From Candidatus Omnitrophota bacterium (GTDB taxonomy: Bacteria; Omnitrophota; Gorgyraeia; Zapsychrales; JANLHA01), in NCBI GenBank assembly GCA_029560465.1, contig JAKQKX010000045.1:216260-280259 (forward strand): a stretch of 64,000 nucleotides of DNA, given 5' to 3'. Both the position numbers and the translations under genes were made by a program. The notes under the pieces were generated by a model that saw only the letters and a program-made list of their open reading frames with translations, did not search any database and was not told the origin of the DNA. Positions 1 through 9,763 of the stretch are shown piece by piece. Within the stretch, counting starts at the first letter, position 1; each line of letters begins with the position of its first letter.

Positions 1-1426
1 CCGGACCGGTGCCTTGCGCGCCGAGGATCTCCAAGACCTGCCCGGACTTGCGCGGCATCACCGGCTGCAACAAAACCGCGCTGATCCGCAACGCTTCTGT
101 CGCGGTGAAAAGCACGGTGCCGGCCTTTTCTAAATCGGTCTTGGCCAATTTCCACGGGGCGGCGGATTCCAGATATTTATTCACCTGCCGGACCAGCTGC
201 AAAATCTCCTCGATCGCCTCATGGATTCGCAACTGTTCCACGCACGCCGCGACCCTGTCGGCAAGCGCGCCGCCTGCCTGCCGCACGGCGGTCTCTTCGC
301 TAGAAAAAACGCCAGGCGCCGGCACGCGATGACTAAAATATTTCCCCAGCAAGCCGCTCACCCGGTTTAAAAGATTGCCAAAATCATTCGCCAGATCGCT
401 GTTGTAGCGCTTGATAAACGACTCCACGGTAAAATTCGAATCCTGCCCCAACACCATTTCCCGCATCAAATAATACCGCACCGCGTCAACACCATATCCC
501 TCGACCAGCTCCAGCGGATTCACGATGTTCCCCAGGGATTTGCTCATTTTAACCTCGCCGGTCAACCACCACCCGTGCGCCAAGATCGTCCGGGGCAGTT
601 CCAGCCCGAGGGCAAAAAGCATGGTCGTCCAGTAGACCGCGTGCGTCGTGATGATATCTTTGCCGATCAGATGCAGGTCCGCCGGCCACCAGGATTGAAA
701 GCGACCGGGCTCGTGTTCTCCGTACCCCGGGCCGGTGATATAATTCAAAAGCGCGTCAAACCAGACATACGTCACATAATCTTTGTCAAAGGGAAGCTCG
801 ATGCCCCAGCTCAACCGGGTTTTCGGCCGCGAGATGCACAGGTCGCCCAGGGGTTTGCGGAGAAACCCCAGAATCTCGTTTTTCCGGGATTCCGGCCGGA
901 TAAAATCCGGGTGCGCCACAATGTGGTCCACCAACTTCTGCTGGTACTTCCCCATCCGGAAAAACCAGTTACGCTCCTTCAGCGTTCTGATATCCCGAAA
1001 GGCGCCGGAATCTTTTTCTGTCTCGGTGATAAACCTCTCCTCGGAAACGGAATACCATCCTTCGTATTCGTCCATGTAAATGTCCCCGGCGGCATAAACC
1101 TTCTGCAACACGTCCTGGACAACGCGGATATGCCGGGCCTCCGTCGTGCGGATGAAATCATCATAGCGGATCTCCAGTTTGTCCCACAGCTGAATAAACC
1201 GCGGGGCCAAGTCATCGCAATGCTCCTGCGGCGCCAGGCCGCGGGCGTCAGCCGCCTGCTGGACTTTCTGGCCGTGTTCATCCAGCCCCGTCAGAAAAAA
1301 CACGTCCTGGCCTTGCGCCCGGCGAAAACGCGCCAGGACGTCCGCCAAGATGGTCGTATAGGCGTGCCCGATATGCGGCTTATCATTCACATAATAAATG
1401 GGCGTCGTCAGGTAATATTTACTCAT
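1..1426 (-). CDS. metG: Methionyl-tRNA synthetase; the N-terminal ~475 aa are present and the C-terminal part runs past the window start
   Basis: The minus-strand translation starts MSKYYLTTPIYYVNDKPHIGHAYTT (HIGH motif) and contains KMSKS downstream. There are no in-frame stops down to position 1. The plus-strand ORFs at 575..1501 and 783..1079 are shadows. Confidence 0.9.
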   Translation of the reverse strand, partial: MSKYYLTTPIYYVNDKPHIGHAYTTILADVLARFRRAQGQDVFFLTGLDEHGQKVQQAADARGLAPQEHCDDLAPRFIQLWDKLEIRYDDFIRTTEARHIRVVQDVLQKVYAAGDIYMDEYEGWYSVSEERFITETEKDSGAFRDIRTLKERNWFFRMGKYQQKLVDHIVAHPDFIRPESRKNEILGFLRKPLGDLCISRPKTRLSWGIELPFDKDYVTYVWFDALLNYITGPGYGEHEPGRFQSWWPADLHLIGKDIITTHAVYWTTMLFALGLELPRTILAHGWWLTGEVKMSKSLGNIVNPLELVEGYGVDAVRYYLMREMVLGQDSNFTVESFIKRYNSDLANDFGNLLNRVSGLLGKYFSHRVPAPGVFSSEETAVRQAGGALADRVAACVEQLRIHEAIEEILQLVRQVNKYLESAAPWKLAKTDLEKAGTVLFTATEALRISAVLLQPVMPRKSGQVLEILGAQGTGP

Positions 1427-2228
1427 GGTCATTCGAATAGACGAGTTTGGTCACTTTCCCTTCGCCCAGGTCCACAAAGACCGTGCGTTTCAGGATATTG
1501 ATGTCTTTCACTTTCCCTTTGCCTTCAGGGGTAGTCACTTTCTCGCCGATATGCGGAAGGGACCTCACCAAGTCCCGGTAAACGACAAACTCATACGCCA
1601 TGCAGCATTTAATACGGCCGCACACCCCGGAAATCCGTGACGGATTTAAAGGTAACGCCTGTTCCTTGGCCATCTTGATCGACAGCGGATGAAACCAGCG
1701 CATATAGGATGAGCAGCACAGCTGCCGGCCGCACACCCCGTAGCCGACCACCATTTTCGCCCGGTCCCTCACGCCGATTTGTTTCAGTTCAATGCGAACC
1801 CGGAAAATTTTCGCCAGGTCTTTGACCAGGCCGCGGAAATCCACCCGGCCTTCCGCCGTGAAAAAGAAAATAATCTTGCTGCAGTCAAACGTATACTCGG
1901 CGTTGACCAACTGCATGTCAAGATGCTGCTCGTTGATCTTACGCAGGCACGAATTCAGGGCATCCTTGACTTTGATACGGTTATTCTTGATCTGATTAAG
2001 GTCCCCTTCCGTGACTTTCCGGATAGCTTTGCCGGCAATCGTTTCGTTCTTACGGCCTTTCTTATCCTGTTCCGGCACCTGGTCCGTCAAACCGACCACC
2101 TTGCCGAATTCCGTCCCGCGCTCAACTTCAACGATGATCAAATCCCCCCTCTGGCATGCAACATGATTCTGATCAAAGCAAGACACCGGCCGGAAATCCC
2201 CTAACAACACCTCTACGATCTGATCCAT
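1419..2228 (-). CDS. PSP1 C-terminal domain protein (YaaT/RicT-like)
   Basis: 269 aa with conserved Cys clusters (CGRQLCC, CGRIKCC) typical of YaaT. It keeps the conserved position upstream of holB and tmk. Confidence 0.8.
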   Translation of the reverse strand: MDQIVEVLLGDFRPVSCFDQNHVACQRGDLIIVEVERGTEFGKVVGLTDQVPEQDKKGRKNETIAGKAIRKVTEGDLNQIKNNRIKVKDALNSCLRKINEQHLDMQLVNAEYTFDCSKIIFFFTAEGRVDFRGLVKDLAKIFRVRIELKQIGVRDRAKMVVGYGVCGRQLCCSSYMRWFHPLSIKMAKEQALPLNPSRISGVCGRIKCCMAYEFVVYRDLVRSLPHIGEKVTTPEGKGKVKDINILKRTVFVDLGEGKVTKLVYSNDHE

Positions 2229-3190
2229 ATTTTATCCCTCAATATGTAAAAAGCGATTTTGACATTCAGGTTCTCTTGCAGCATGCGCTTGGTCTGCACA
2301 ATTTCATCAATAATAGCAAATAACTGCCCGGTTGTATACTGTTGTTTGGCCCGGGCCAGGTCCTCGAGCCTGTCCCTGTGAGCCACCCGTTGTGCCCCCA
2401 CCCCCTGCTTCATGAGCACAACATCCCGGAACCAGCTTAAAAGAATATTCAAAGCTTCCTGTGTTTTCTCCTGGTCCGCCAGCAACGTTTTAAGGTACGG
2501 CTCGGCGTCCCGCTGAAACACGACATGATCAATCACCTGATTCTTATGGATCAAAAACCCGGCTTCGTGCAAGGACCGGGCCTTCCCGGCGCATCCTTCG
2601 CTATAAAACGCGTAAAAATGCGCGGACTCTTCATCCCCGCGGACACACTCTTTCAGCTCCCGCAGGAGGATATCCTGCCCCAGAGGAAAAAAATGGACGC
2701 TATGGCACCTGGATTTTATGGTGCTCAAAACGCGTTCCAGCACAGCCGTCGTCAAGATAAACACGCTGTCCTTCACCGGCTCTTCCAGCGTTTTCAAGAC
2801 AGCATTACTCCCTTCCAGGCTCAAGCGCTCAGCTTCTTTAATAATATACACTTTCTTTTTCCCTTCGAACGGCCGCAGCTGACAGCGGGTGATCACCCCG
2901 CGGATCTGGTCAATGGTAATCACCCGGGAATTCTCGGTTTCAATCAAGGTGACATCCGGATGGTTCCCCGAATCAATTTTACGGCAGGACGGACACGCGT
3001 CACAAAACCCGGCCTCTTCCCCGGTCGGATGATCGCAATTCAAAAGCTTGGCCACCGCCAGGGCGGTCTGGGCTTTCCCAGAGCATTGCGGCCCGGCAAA
3101 AAGGTAAGCGTGGGCGAGACGGTCCCGGGCCAAAAGGTGCCTGAACCGGCGGAGCACATCCTGATTTATAAGCGCAGGCTGGACAGTCAT
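2213..3190 (-). CDS. holB: DNA polymerase III delta-prime subunit
   Basis: AAA+ Walker A-like AGPQCSGKAQ, a Zn-finger-like C..C..C motif and the SRC motif. It is adjacent to tmk, as in many genomes. Confidence 0.8.
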   Translation of the reverse strand: MTVQPALINQDVLRRFRHLLARDRLAHAYLFAGPQCSGKAQTALAVAKLLNCDHPTGEEAGFCDACPSCRKIDSGNHPDVTLIETENSRVITIDQIRGVITRCQLRPFEGKKKVYIIKEAERLSLEGSNAVLKTLEEPVKDSVFILTTAVLERVLSTIKSRCHSVHFFPLGQDILLRELKECVRGDEESAHFYAFYSEGCAGKARSLHEAGFLIHKNQVIDHVVFQRDAEPYLKTLLADQEKTQEALNILLSWFRDVVLMKQGVGAQRVAHRDRLEDLARAKQQYTTGQLFAIIDEIVQTKRMLQENLNVKIAFYILRDKIWIRS

Positions 3191-3265
3191 AACATTGTTT
3201 AACTTAAGGATCAGGGAATTGCCGGAAGACAGGTTGACCCTTTATTGGACCCAAGAAAGCCGGGA

Positions 3266-3895
3266 TTACCAGCCCAAAAGGGCATCGACGTCTTTCTTGA
3301 CCAAAGCATGAATTTCTTCTTTTGATTTATTGACCTTAATAACTTTGATCCGCCCCGGTTCCTCCTGCGCCAATTTCAAATACCCTTTGCGCACCCGGTT
3401 ATGGTAATTCAACGACCGCAATTCGATGCGGTCTTTATTCTGGCCGGTTCGCTCCAAGCCCTTTTCCGTTTCAATATCAAACAGAAACGTGAGGTCCGGG
3501 ACCGTCCCCTGGGTGACCATCCGGCCGATGTCCTTGATAAAGTTGATATCAACACCGTTTCCATACCCCTGATAAGCGACCGTGGAGTCCAGAAAACGGT
3601 CGCAGAGGACCACCATGCCCTGCTTCAGCGCGGGAAGGACCTTCTCCTCAACGAGCTGGGCGCGGGCGGCCATGTACAAGAGCGTTTCACATTCTTTTGT
3701 CATCTGGCTGTTCCGCACATCCAGCAGGATCCTCCGGACGGCCTCACTGATCTTGACCCCGCCCGGTTCCCGGATATGAAGAGCCGGACGGCTCTTCTCT
3801 TTCAAATATTTATATATCAACGCGGCCTGCGTGCTCTTGCCGGATCCTTCCGACCCTTCAAAGGTAATAAAAACGCCTTTCATTCTTCTCTCCAC
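3266..3895 (-). CDS. tmk: Thymidylate kinase
   Basis: P-loop FITFEGSEGSGKST and a DRF motif. The likely true start is MKGVF near 3883. Confidence 0.9.
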   Translation of the reverse strand: MERRMKGVFITFEGSEGSGKSTQAALIYKYLKEKSRPALHIREPGGVKISEAVRRILLDVRNSQMTKECETLLYMAARAQLVEEKVLPALKQGMVVLCDRFLDSTVAYQGYGNGVDINFIKDIGRMVTQGTVPDLTFLFDIETEKGLERTGQNKDRIELRSLNYHNRVRKGYLKLAQEEPGRIKVIKVNKSKEEIHALVKKDVDALLGW

Positions 3896-5355
3896 TGCTG
3901 GCCCTGGGGCGTGTCTTCCACGATAATGCCGTGCTGTTCCTTTAACACAACACGCAGATCATCAGACTTTTTAAAATTTTTATTTTTCCGCGCTTCCTGC
4001 CGTTCCTGAAGGAGCTCTTCAACGGTTTTCTGGACAGAGATTCCGTTAACGTTGTACACGAACTTAAGCTCCTTGGAAACAGTCTGGAAACGGACGTTCA
4101 CCCCGAAAATATTTTCACATAACCGCTGAATCATTTCAAACGCCTGGCAAACCAGATAATCCGCGCCAGGCCGGCCCTTATATTTATGCGCGTCCGTCAC
4201 CAGCTCGAACAAAACCCCGAGCGCTTTGGGCGTGTTGAAATCATCGTCCATGGCTTCGATAAACGCGGCCTGCGCAGCGTCAATGATTGACTGGGCGTCC
4301 GGGTGCGGTTCAAGCCGGGCCGCGTCTCCGTTAAGCCGGGCCGCGTCCTGGGCCAACACCGCGAACCGCTGCCGCGCTTTATGGGCCTCCGCAATTTTCT
4401 CTTCGGAAAAATCAATGGGGCTGGAATAATGCGAAGCCAGGAAAAACAGCTTCAGGTCGTCGGGACCAAAACGCTTCACCGCGTCCTCAACCGTGATAAA
4501 ATTCCCAAGCGACTTCGACATTTTCTGGCCGTTGATCGTGATCAGCCCGTGATGGATCCAGTACTTCGCGAACGGCTTCCCGGTCAGGGCTTCGGCCTGG
4601 GCGATCTCGTTTTCATGGTGGGGGAAGATCAAATCCCTGCCCCCGGCGTGAATGTCAAGTGTCTCACAGCGCAGATGTTTCAGGCTCATACAGGAGCATT
4701 CAATATGCCAGCCCGGCCGGCCAGGGCCCCACCAGGGGGGGCTGTCGCCACACGACGGCTCGCCTTCTTTCGAATGCTTCCACAGCGCGAAATCCAGCGG
4801 ATCCCGTTTTTTTTCATCGCTCTCGATCCTCACGCCCTCCAGCATCTTCTCGATGCTTTGCCCGGACAGTTTCCCGTAATCCGGAAATTTACGCACGGAA
4901 AAATACACGTCGCCTTCTGCTTCATAAGCAGCGCCGGAGTCGATCAGCCCCTGAATATGCCGGATCATGTCATTGATATTCTCCGTCGCCCTGGGTTCGA
5001 TATCAGCTTTGCCCACGCCCAAAGAATCCATATCCTGGTAGTACAACCCAATATTTTTCTCCGCGACGTCCTTGCTGTCAACCCCGAGTTCCCGGGCCTT
5101 ATTAATAATTTTGTCATCGATGTCCGTGATATTGCGGACAAACCTGACATCATACCCGCGGTATTTCAGATACCGGCGGATCACGTCAAAAATATACAGG
5201 CTGCGCGCGTGCCCGATATGGCACTTATCATAAACCGTCACCCCGCAGGAATACATCTTCACCACATTCCCCTCGAGAGGGACAAACGGTTCCTTCTTTT
5301 TAGTTAAAGAATTGTAAATATGCAAACTCATAGGAAGTCCTTTTTCAGATATCAC
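3880..5355 (-). CDS. cysS: Cysteinyl-tRNA synthetase
   Basis: 491 aa with a HIGH motif (CHIGHARS), a KMSKS motif and a Zn-binding Cys. Confidence 0.95.
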   Translation of the reverse strand: MISEKGLPMSLHIYNSLTKKKEPFVPLEGNVVKMYSCGVTVYDKCHIGHARSLYIFDVIRRYLKYRGYDVRFVRNITDIDDKIINKARELGVDSKDVAEKNIGLYYQDMDSLGVGKADIEPRATENINDMIRHIQGLIDSGAAYEAEGDVYFSVRKFPDYGKLSGQSIEKMLEGVRIESDEKKRDPLDFALWKHSKEGEPSCGDSPPWWGPGRPGWHIECSCMSLKHLRCETLDIHAGGRDLIFPHHENEIAQAEALTGKPFAKYWIHHGLITINGQKMSKSLGNFITVEDAVKRFGPDDLKLFFLASHYSSPIDFSEEKIAEAHKARQRFAVLAQDAARLNGDAARLEPHPDAQSIIDAAQAAFIEAMDDDFNTPKALGVLFELVTDAHKYKGRPGADYLVCQAFEMIQRLCENIFGVNVRFQTVSKELKFVYNVNGISVQKTVEELLQERQEARKNKNFKKSDDLRVVLKEQHGIIVEDTPQGQQWREE

Positions 5356-5376
5356 TGGCCTTCGGGTTGTTTGACT

Positions 5377-6078
5377 TTAGTCTTCCGTGTTTTTTTTGGG
5401 CTTCGGGGACGGGCGGTTTTTTTCTAACGCTTCCAGCCTCTTCTCCAGCTCATTGATCTGCTGCATGACCGGATCCAGGGTATGAATATGGTCCAGCGAG
5501 CGGTCAATTTTTTTGCCGTCCTGCTTGGTGATCCGGCCCGGCACCCCAACAATCGTGGTGTTCGGAGGCACATCTTTTATAACCACGGCGTTGGCGCCGA
5601 TGTAGGCGTTCGAGCCGATTTCAATATTCCCCAGCACCTTGGCCCCGGCGCCGACAACAATGTCATCACCCAGAGTCGGGTGGCGTTTTCCCGTTTCCTT
5701 CCCCGTCCCGCCGAGCGTCACGCCCTGGTACAACGTCACGTTGTTCCCCACGATCGCCGTCTCCCCGATCACCACCCCTGTCCCGTGATCGATAAAGAGG
5801 CCTCTGCCTATTTGCGCGCCGGGATGGATCTCGATCCCCGTCAAGCTCCGGGCCACCTGCGACAGCAGCCGGGGCAGAATCGGGACGCGTTTGTTCCATA
5901 ACCAGTGCGACACGCGGTAAAAAATGATCGCGTGCAACCCCGGATAAAGCAACAGGATCTCCAGCGTGCTTTTTGCCGCCGGGTCGCGTTCCTTGCTGGC
6001 TTTGACCTCGTCAGAGAAAAAAGTGGAGACCAGGAGGAAGATTACGCAAAAGAACAACAGGATCACTAAAAATATCAT
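5377..6078 (-). CDS. cysE: Serine O-acetyltransferase, short form with an N-terminal hydrophobic segment
   Basis: [16 protein letters not shown] followed by a hexapeptide LbH core ([28 protein letters not shown]). The ATG at 6078 is preceded by a GAGGTGA Shine-Dalgarno sequence. The ORF track starts at a GTG at 6087. Confidence 0.85.
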   Translation of the reverse strand: MIFLVILLFFCVIFLLVSTFFSDEVKASKERDPAAKSTLEILLLYPGLHAIIFYRVSHWLWNKRVPILPRLLSQVARSLTGIEIHPGAQIGRGLFIDHGTGVVIGETAIVGNNVTLYQGVTLGGTGKETGKRHPTLGDDIVVGAGAKVLGNIEIGSNAYIGANAVVIKDVPPNTTIVGVPGRITKQDGKKIDRSLDHIHTLDPVMQQINELEKRLEALEKNRPSPKPKKNTED

Positions 6079-6112
6079 GACACTCACCTCTAACCTAAAA
6101 ATACCGGTTGTC

Positions 6113-6595
6113 TCAGGGGCGGATTAAAAGCGCGGCGGCATACGCCGCCACCCCTTCTTTACGGCCCACAAACCCCATCCCCTCTTGTGTTGTCGCTTTT
6201 ATATTCACGTCTCCGGGCGCCATATCAAGAACTTCAGCGATCTTGGCGCGCATGGCATCTTTATAAGCTTTCAAATGAGGCTCCTCGGCGATGATCACTG
6301 CATCGATATTATTAACCCGGAACCCATCCTGCCGGACTAGCGCGTAGACGGCCTCCAAGAGCTGAACGCTGGCGATGTCCTTATACCGGCTGTCCGTATT
6401 AGGGAAATGTTCCCCGATATCCCCCGCCCCCAAAGCGCCCAAAAGGGCGTCACAGATCGCGTGCAGCAGGACGTCCGCGTCGGAATGGCCATCGAGGCCT
6501 TTGGAATGCGGGATCTCCACCCCCCCCAGGAACAGCTTTCTGCCCTCTACAAAACGGTGGACATCGTATCCCAATCCTACTTTCTGTTTCATCAT
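6113..6595 (-). CDS. ispF: 2-C-methyl-D-erythritol 2,4-cyclodiphosphate synthase
   Basis: GYDVHRF..GGV.IPH..GL.GHSDADV signature. Confidence 0.95.
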   Translation of the reverse strand: MMKQKVGLGYDVHRFVEGRKLFLGGVEIPHSKGLDGHSDADVLLHAICDALLGALGAGDIGEHFPNTDSRYKDIASVQLLEAVYALVRQDGFRVNNIDAVIIAEEPHLKAYKDAMRAKIAEVLDMAPGDVNIKATTQEGMGFVGRKEGVAAYAAALLIRP

Positions 6596-7308
6596 TTCTT
6601 TCCCCTTCCCGCCGTTCCTGAAGCCCTCTGGGCCGGGCCCAGCAACAATTCCGCCAAAATCAGGTCTTCCGGAGACGTGATTTTGATATTCGCGTAGTCC
6701 CCCCGGATCACTTTAACCTTATGCCCGCAGCGCTCCACCAGAAACGCGTCGTCCGTCGCACACAAATCATCGGCCCTGGCGTGAGCCGCCTGGATGAGAT
6801 CCTTGCGAAAAACCTGCGGGGTCTGGGCCTCCCATAACTGGCCGCGGTCCAGGGTCGCTTCCACCGTGTTGTCTTTCGCCCGGACCTTCTTGATGGTCGG
6901 CTTGACCGGCACGCCCAGGATCACAGCCTGCTCATCATAGCAAACCCGCAAAGATTCTTCAACTAACCTTTGAGTGAGCAGGGGGCGGGCGGCGTCGTGA
7001 ATCACGACATATTTCGTGTCCTCATCCAGAGCAGCCAAGCCCTTACGGACGGACTCACAGCGGGTTTTCCCACCGGGAAGAACGTCAGCCACTTTCTGAA
7101 TGCCTGTTTCCCGGATAAGGTCACGGCAGCGCTCCACCCAGTCGGCCCGGGTCAAGATAATAACGCTGTCAATCAGCGCTGAATGGGCGAAGACCTCCAG
7201 CGAATATAACAGCATCGGTTTGTCCTGAATACGGACAAAGGGCTTCAGGGTATCGGTTTTCAAACGCACGCCGTCTCCGGCGGCAGCGAGGATCACCTGA
7301 GTCTTCAT
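6592..7308 (-). CDS. ispD: 2-C-methyl-D-erythritol 4-phosphate cytidylyltransferase
   Basis: N-terminal AAGDGVRL nucleotide-binding motif. Overlaps ispF by 4 nt (translational coupling). Confidence 0.9.
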   Translation of the reverse strand: MKTQVILAAAGDGVRLKTDTLKPFVRIQDKPMLLYSLEVFAHSALIDSVIILTRADWVERCRDLIRETGIQKVADVLPGGKTRCESVRKGLAALDEDTKYVVIHDAARPLLTQRLVEESLRVCYDEQAVILGVPVKPTIKKVRAKDNTVEATLDRGQLWEAQTPQVFRKDLIQAAHARADDLCATDDAFLVERCGHKVKVIRGDYANIKITSPEDLILAELLLGPAQRASGTAGRGKK

Positions 7309-8312
7309 GCGCTCTTTTGTTTCCCTTCCGCTCTGTTGACAAGCTTTGCAAAAACCATCCGGCCGCTCTGCGTCTGCAAAACAGACGACACCTGGATCAT
7401 GACCGTTTTCCCGATCAGGTTCCTGGCGTCGCCCACGACGACCATCACGCCCTCTTCGGTATACGCCACCGCCTGGTCCGGCTCTTTGCCCTCCCGGACC
7501 AAACGGACCGGCAGCTCATCCCCGACGAAAAACATCGGCTTTAACGCATTCACCAGCTCATGCAGATTCAGGGTTTGAACGCCTTGGATAACCGCAGCGC
7601 GGCTCAAGTTAAAATCGGTCGTGCAGATCCGGGCGTCAATCATCTTGGCTAACCGCACGAGCTTGGCGTCCACGTCTTCCTCGTGCGGGAATTCTTCCTC
7701 ATGAATGCGCAGGTCAAAGGCGGCGTCCTTCTGGATGTTTCTCAAAAATTCCAGGCCCCGGCGGCCCTTTTGCCGCTTCAGGGGGTCGTCGGAATCCGCA
7801 ACCCGCTGAAGTTCCTGCAGGACAAACCGCGGCACCACGATCCGGCCGGCAAAAAAATTAGTTTTATAGATATCTCTGATCCTCCCGTCGATAATCGCGC
7901 TGGTGTCCAAAAGCACAATCCGTTCCTCCATATCCTGCCTTTTAAACCGGACATACGGGATGATCAGGTTGAACTCGTCTTTCCCCCGGAGGGCCATCAC
8001 CGCGCCCAAATACGAAAAAACAAGCGTGAACACGACCCGTGAAACCGACTGGACAAAATCCCCGAGCGGCAGCAAAGAAAGGATGTCGGACACGAGTTTG
8101 GCCATAAACACGCCCAAAAGCAAGCCGAACACCATACTGGACAATCCCCTCACAGAAACCCGGCGGAGGCTGACTTCCAATAAAATCAGAGCCAGCCCTG
8201 TCCCGAAACCGAAGCAGACTCCCAAAAAAGGATACAGGGATACGGCCCCCACATAGAACCCCACCAGCGTACTGATGATCAAAAAAAACGTCCGAATAAA
8301 CAACAGCGTCAT
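7305..8312 (-). CDS. Membrane-anchored PIN/TRAM-domain protein (YacL-like)
   Basis: N-terminal TM helices, then a PIN-like domain (LLDTSAIIDGRI) and a C-terminal TRAM-like beta domain. It sits in the yacL position upstream of ispD. Confidence 0.7.
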   Translation of the reverse strand: MTLLFIRTFFLIISTLVGFYVGAVSLYPFLGVCFGFGTGLALILLEVSLRRVSVRGLSSMVFGLLLGVFMAKLVSDILSLLPLGDFVQSVSRVVFTLVFSYLGAVMALRGKDEFNLIIPYVRFKRQDMEERIVLLDTSAIIDGRIRDIYKTNFFAGRIVVPRFVLQELQRVADSDDPLKRQKGRRGLEFLRNIQKDAAFDLRIHEEEFPHEEDVDAKLVRLAKMIDARICTTDFNLSRAAVIQGVQTLNLHELVNALKPMFFVGDELPVRLVREGKEPDQAVAYTEEGVMVVVGDARNLIGKTVMIQVSSVLQTQSGRMVFAKLVNRAEGKQKSA

Positions 8313-8343
8313 AAGACCCTCCTCCGGGCAAGCGTGAAGTCCG

Positions 8344-9756
8344 TTACGAGATTAGTATGTCCAACGCTTCCCGGACATGAGCGACCGGGACCGTTTTGAT
8401 ACGCGCGCCCGTCACTGGCGGTCCAACGGGTGTATTAGGCCCGGGAAGCACACAATTTTTGAAGCCAAGTTTTTCCGCCTCTTTCAGCCGCAAAGCCACC
8501 TGGGACACACTGCGGACTTCCGCCGATAATCCAACTTCCCCCATCACCACCGTGTCCGAAGGGACGCGTTTATCGGTCAAGGCTGAAGCGACCGCCAGGG
8601 TAACCCCCAGATCCGCGGCCGGATCCATAATTTTAAACCCGCCAACAATATTAAGGAAAATATCCTTATCCTGCAAATTCAATCCCAGCCTTTTATCCAA
8701 GACCGCTGTCAACAAAGCCAGGCGGTTTGTGTCAAACCCCTGGGTTTTATGGCGGGCCATGCCGAAATTCGAGCGGCTGACCAATCCCTGGACTTCCACC
8801 AAAAAAGGGCGCGTCCCTTCCAAAACCGGGACAACCACAGATCCCGAGGCGTGGGACGGGCGCTCCGCCAAAAAGATTTCAGAAGGGTTGAGGACTTCTT
8901 TAAGGCCTTCCACCGTCATTTCGAACACGCCGAGCTCATTGGTCGATCCGAAGCGGTTCTTGACCGTCCGTAAAACCCGATACGTCGTGTAACGCTCCCC
9001 CTCGAAATAGAGGACGGTGTCCACAATGTGCTCCAAAACCCGCGGGCCGGCGATCATGCCTTCCTTGGTGACATGCCCGATAATAAACAAAGCGATGCCC
9101 AGGGCCTTGGCCATGTGCGTTAAAATCGAGGCGCATTCCCGGACCTGCGCCACGGTCCCGGGGCTGGATCCGAGTTCCGGGGTATAAACGACCTGGATCG
9201 AATCTATCACGATCACCTGGGGTTTCAGTTGCTTGATATGTTCCTTGATATGATCCAGGTCGACCTGATTAACGATATACACCGAATCGGGAAGCGGCCG
9301 CTTCAGGCGGTCAGCCCGCATCTTGGTCTGTTTAACGGATTCCTCACCGGAAACATACAACACGTTAAAACCGTTGTGCCCCAGATGACACACGACTTGC
9401 AGCGTTAACGTGGATTTGCCGATCCCCGGATCTCCTCCGATTAATGTGACAGATCCGGGCACAACCCCTCCTCCCAAGACCCTGTCGAACTCCGGGATCC
9501 CGGTCAGCCATCGAGGGTCCTCCCCGGCCTTCACTTCTTTAAGAAGCACCGGCGCCTCGGTCAAAGCCCCCCGGCTGCGGCCTTCTGCCGCGGGGGGCGC
9601 GGCCGTTTCTTCAACATACGAATTCCAACTCTGGCAGGCCGGACATTTCCCGACCCACCGAGGAGACTGGGCTCCACAATCCTGGCAGACAAAGAAAGTT
9701 TTGGCCTTCATGAACGCGCCGCTCCTCCCGATGATGGCCCCGTCACCCGTCGCCAC
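8344..9756 (-). CDS. radA: DNA repair protein RadA/Sms
   Basis: N-terminal zinc finger (CQDCGAQSPRWVGKCPAC), RecA-like Walker A (GGDPGIGKST) and a C-terminal Lon-like domain. Confidence 0.95.
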   Translation of the reverse strand: MATGDGAIIGRSGAFMKAKTFFVCQDCGAQSPRWVGKCPACQSWNSYVEETAAPPAAEGRSRGALTEAPVLLKEVKAGEDPRWLTGIPEFDRVLGGGVVPGSVTLIGGDPGIGKSTLTLQVVCHLGHNGFNVLYVSGEESVKQTKMRADRLKRPLPDSVYIVNQVDLDHIKEHIKQLKPQVIVIDSIQVVYTPELGSSPGTVAQVRECASILTHMAKALGIALFIIGHVTKEGMIAGPRVLEHIVDTVLYFEGERYTTYRVLRTVKNRFGSTNELGVFEMTVEGLKEVLNPSEIFLAERPSHASGSVVVPVLEGTRPFLVEVQGLVSRSNFGMARHKTQGFDTNRLALLTAVLDKRLGLNLQDKDIFLNIVGGFKIMDPAADLGVTLAVASALTDKRVPSDTVVMGEVGLSAEVRSVSQVALRLKEAEKLGFKNCVLPGPNTPVGPPVTGARIKTVPVAHVREALDILIS

Positions 9757-9763
9757 GCACCGG

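Noticed and set aside
575-1501. 308 aa plus-strand ORF, plus others at 9..332, 783..1079 and 979..1281
   Set aside because: These lie antisense to, or out of frame with, a clearly conserved metG reading frame (HIGH and KMSKS motifs on the minus strand). Their composition is Arg/Pro-rich, typical of high-GC shadow ORFs.
4303-5307. 334 aa plus-strand ORF opposite cysS. Similar long antisense ORFs occur at 2525..3202, 44213..45196, 50138..51166 and 57289..58557.
   Set aside because: Each sits antisense to a strongly supported conserved gene (cysS, holB, ABC-F, response regulator/deaminase, hybrid kinase). They have no recognisable domains and a Pro/Arg/Gly-rich composition.
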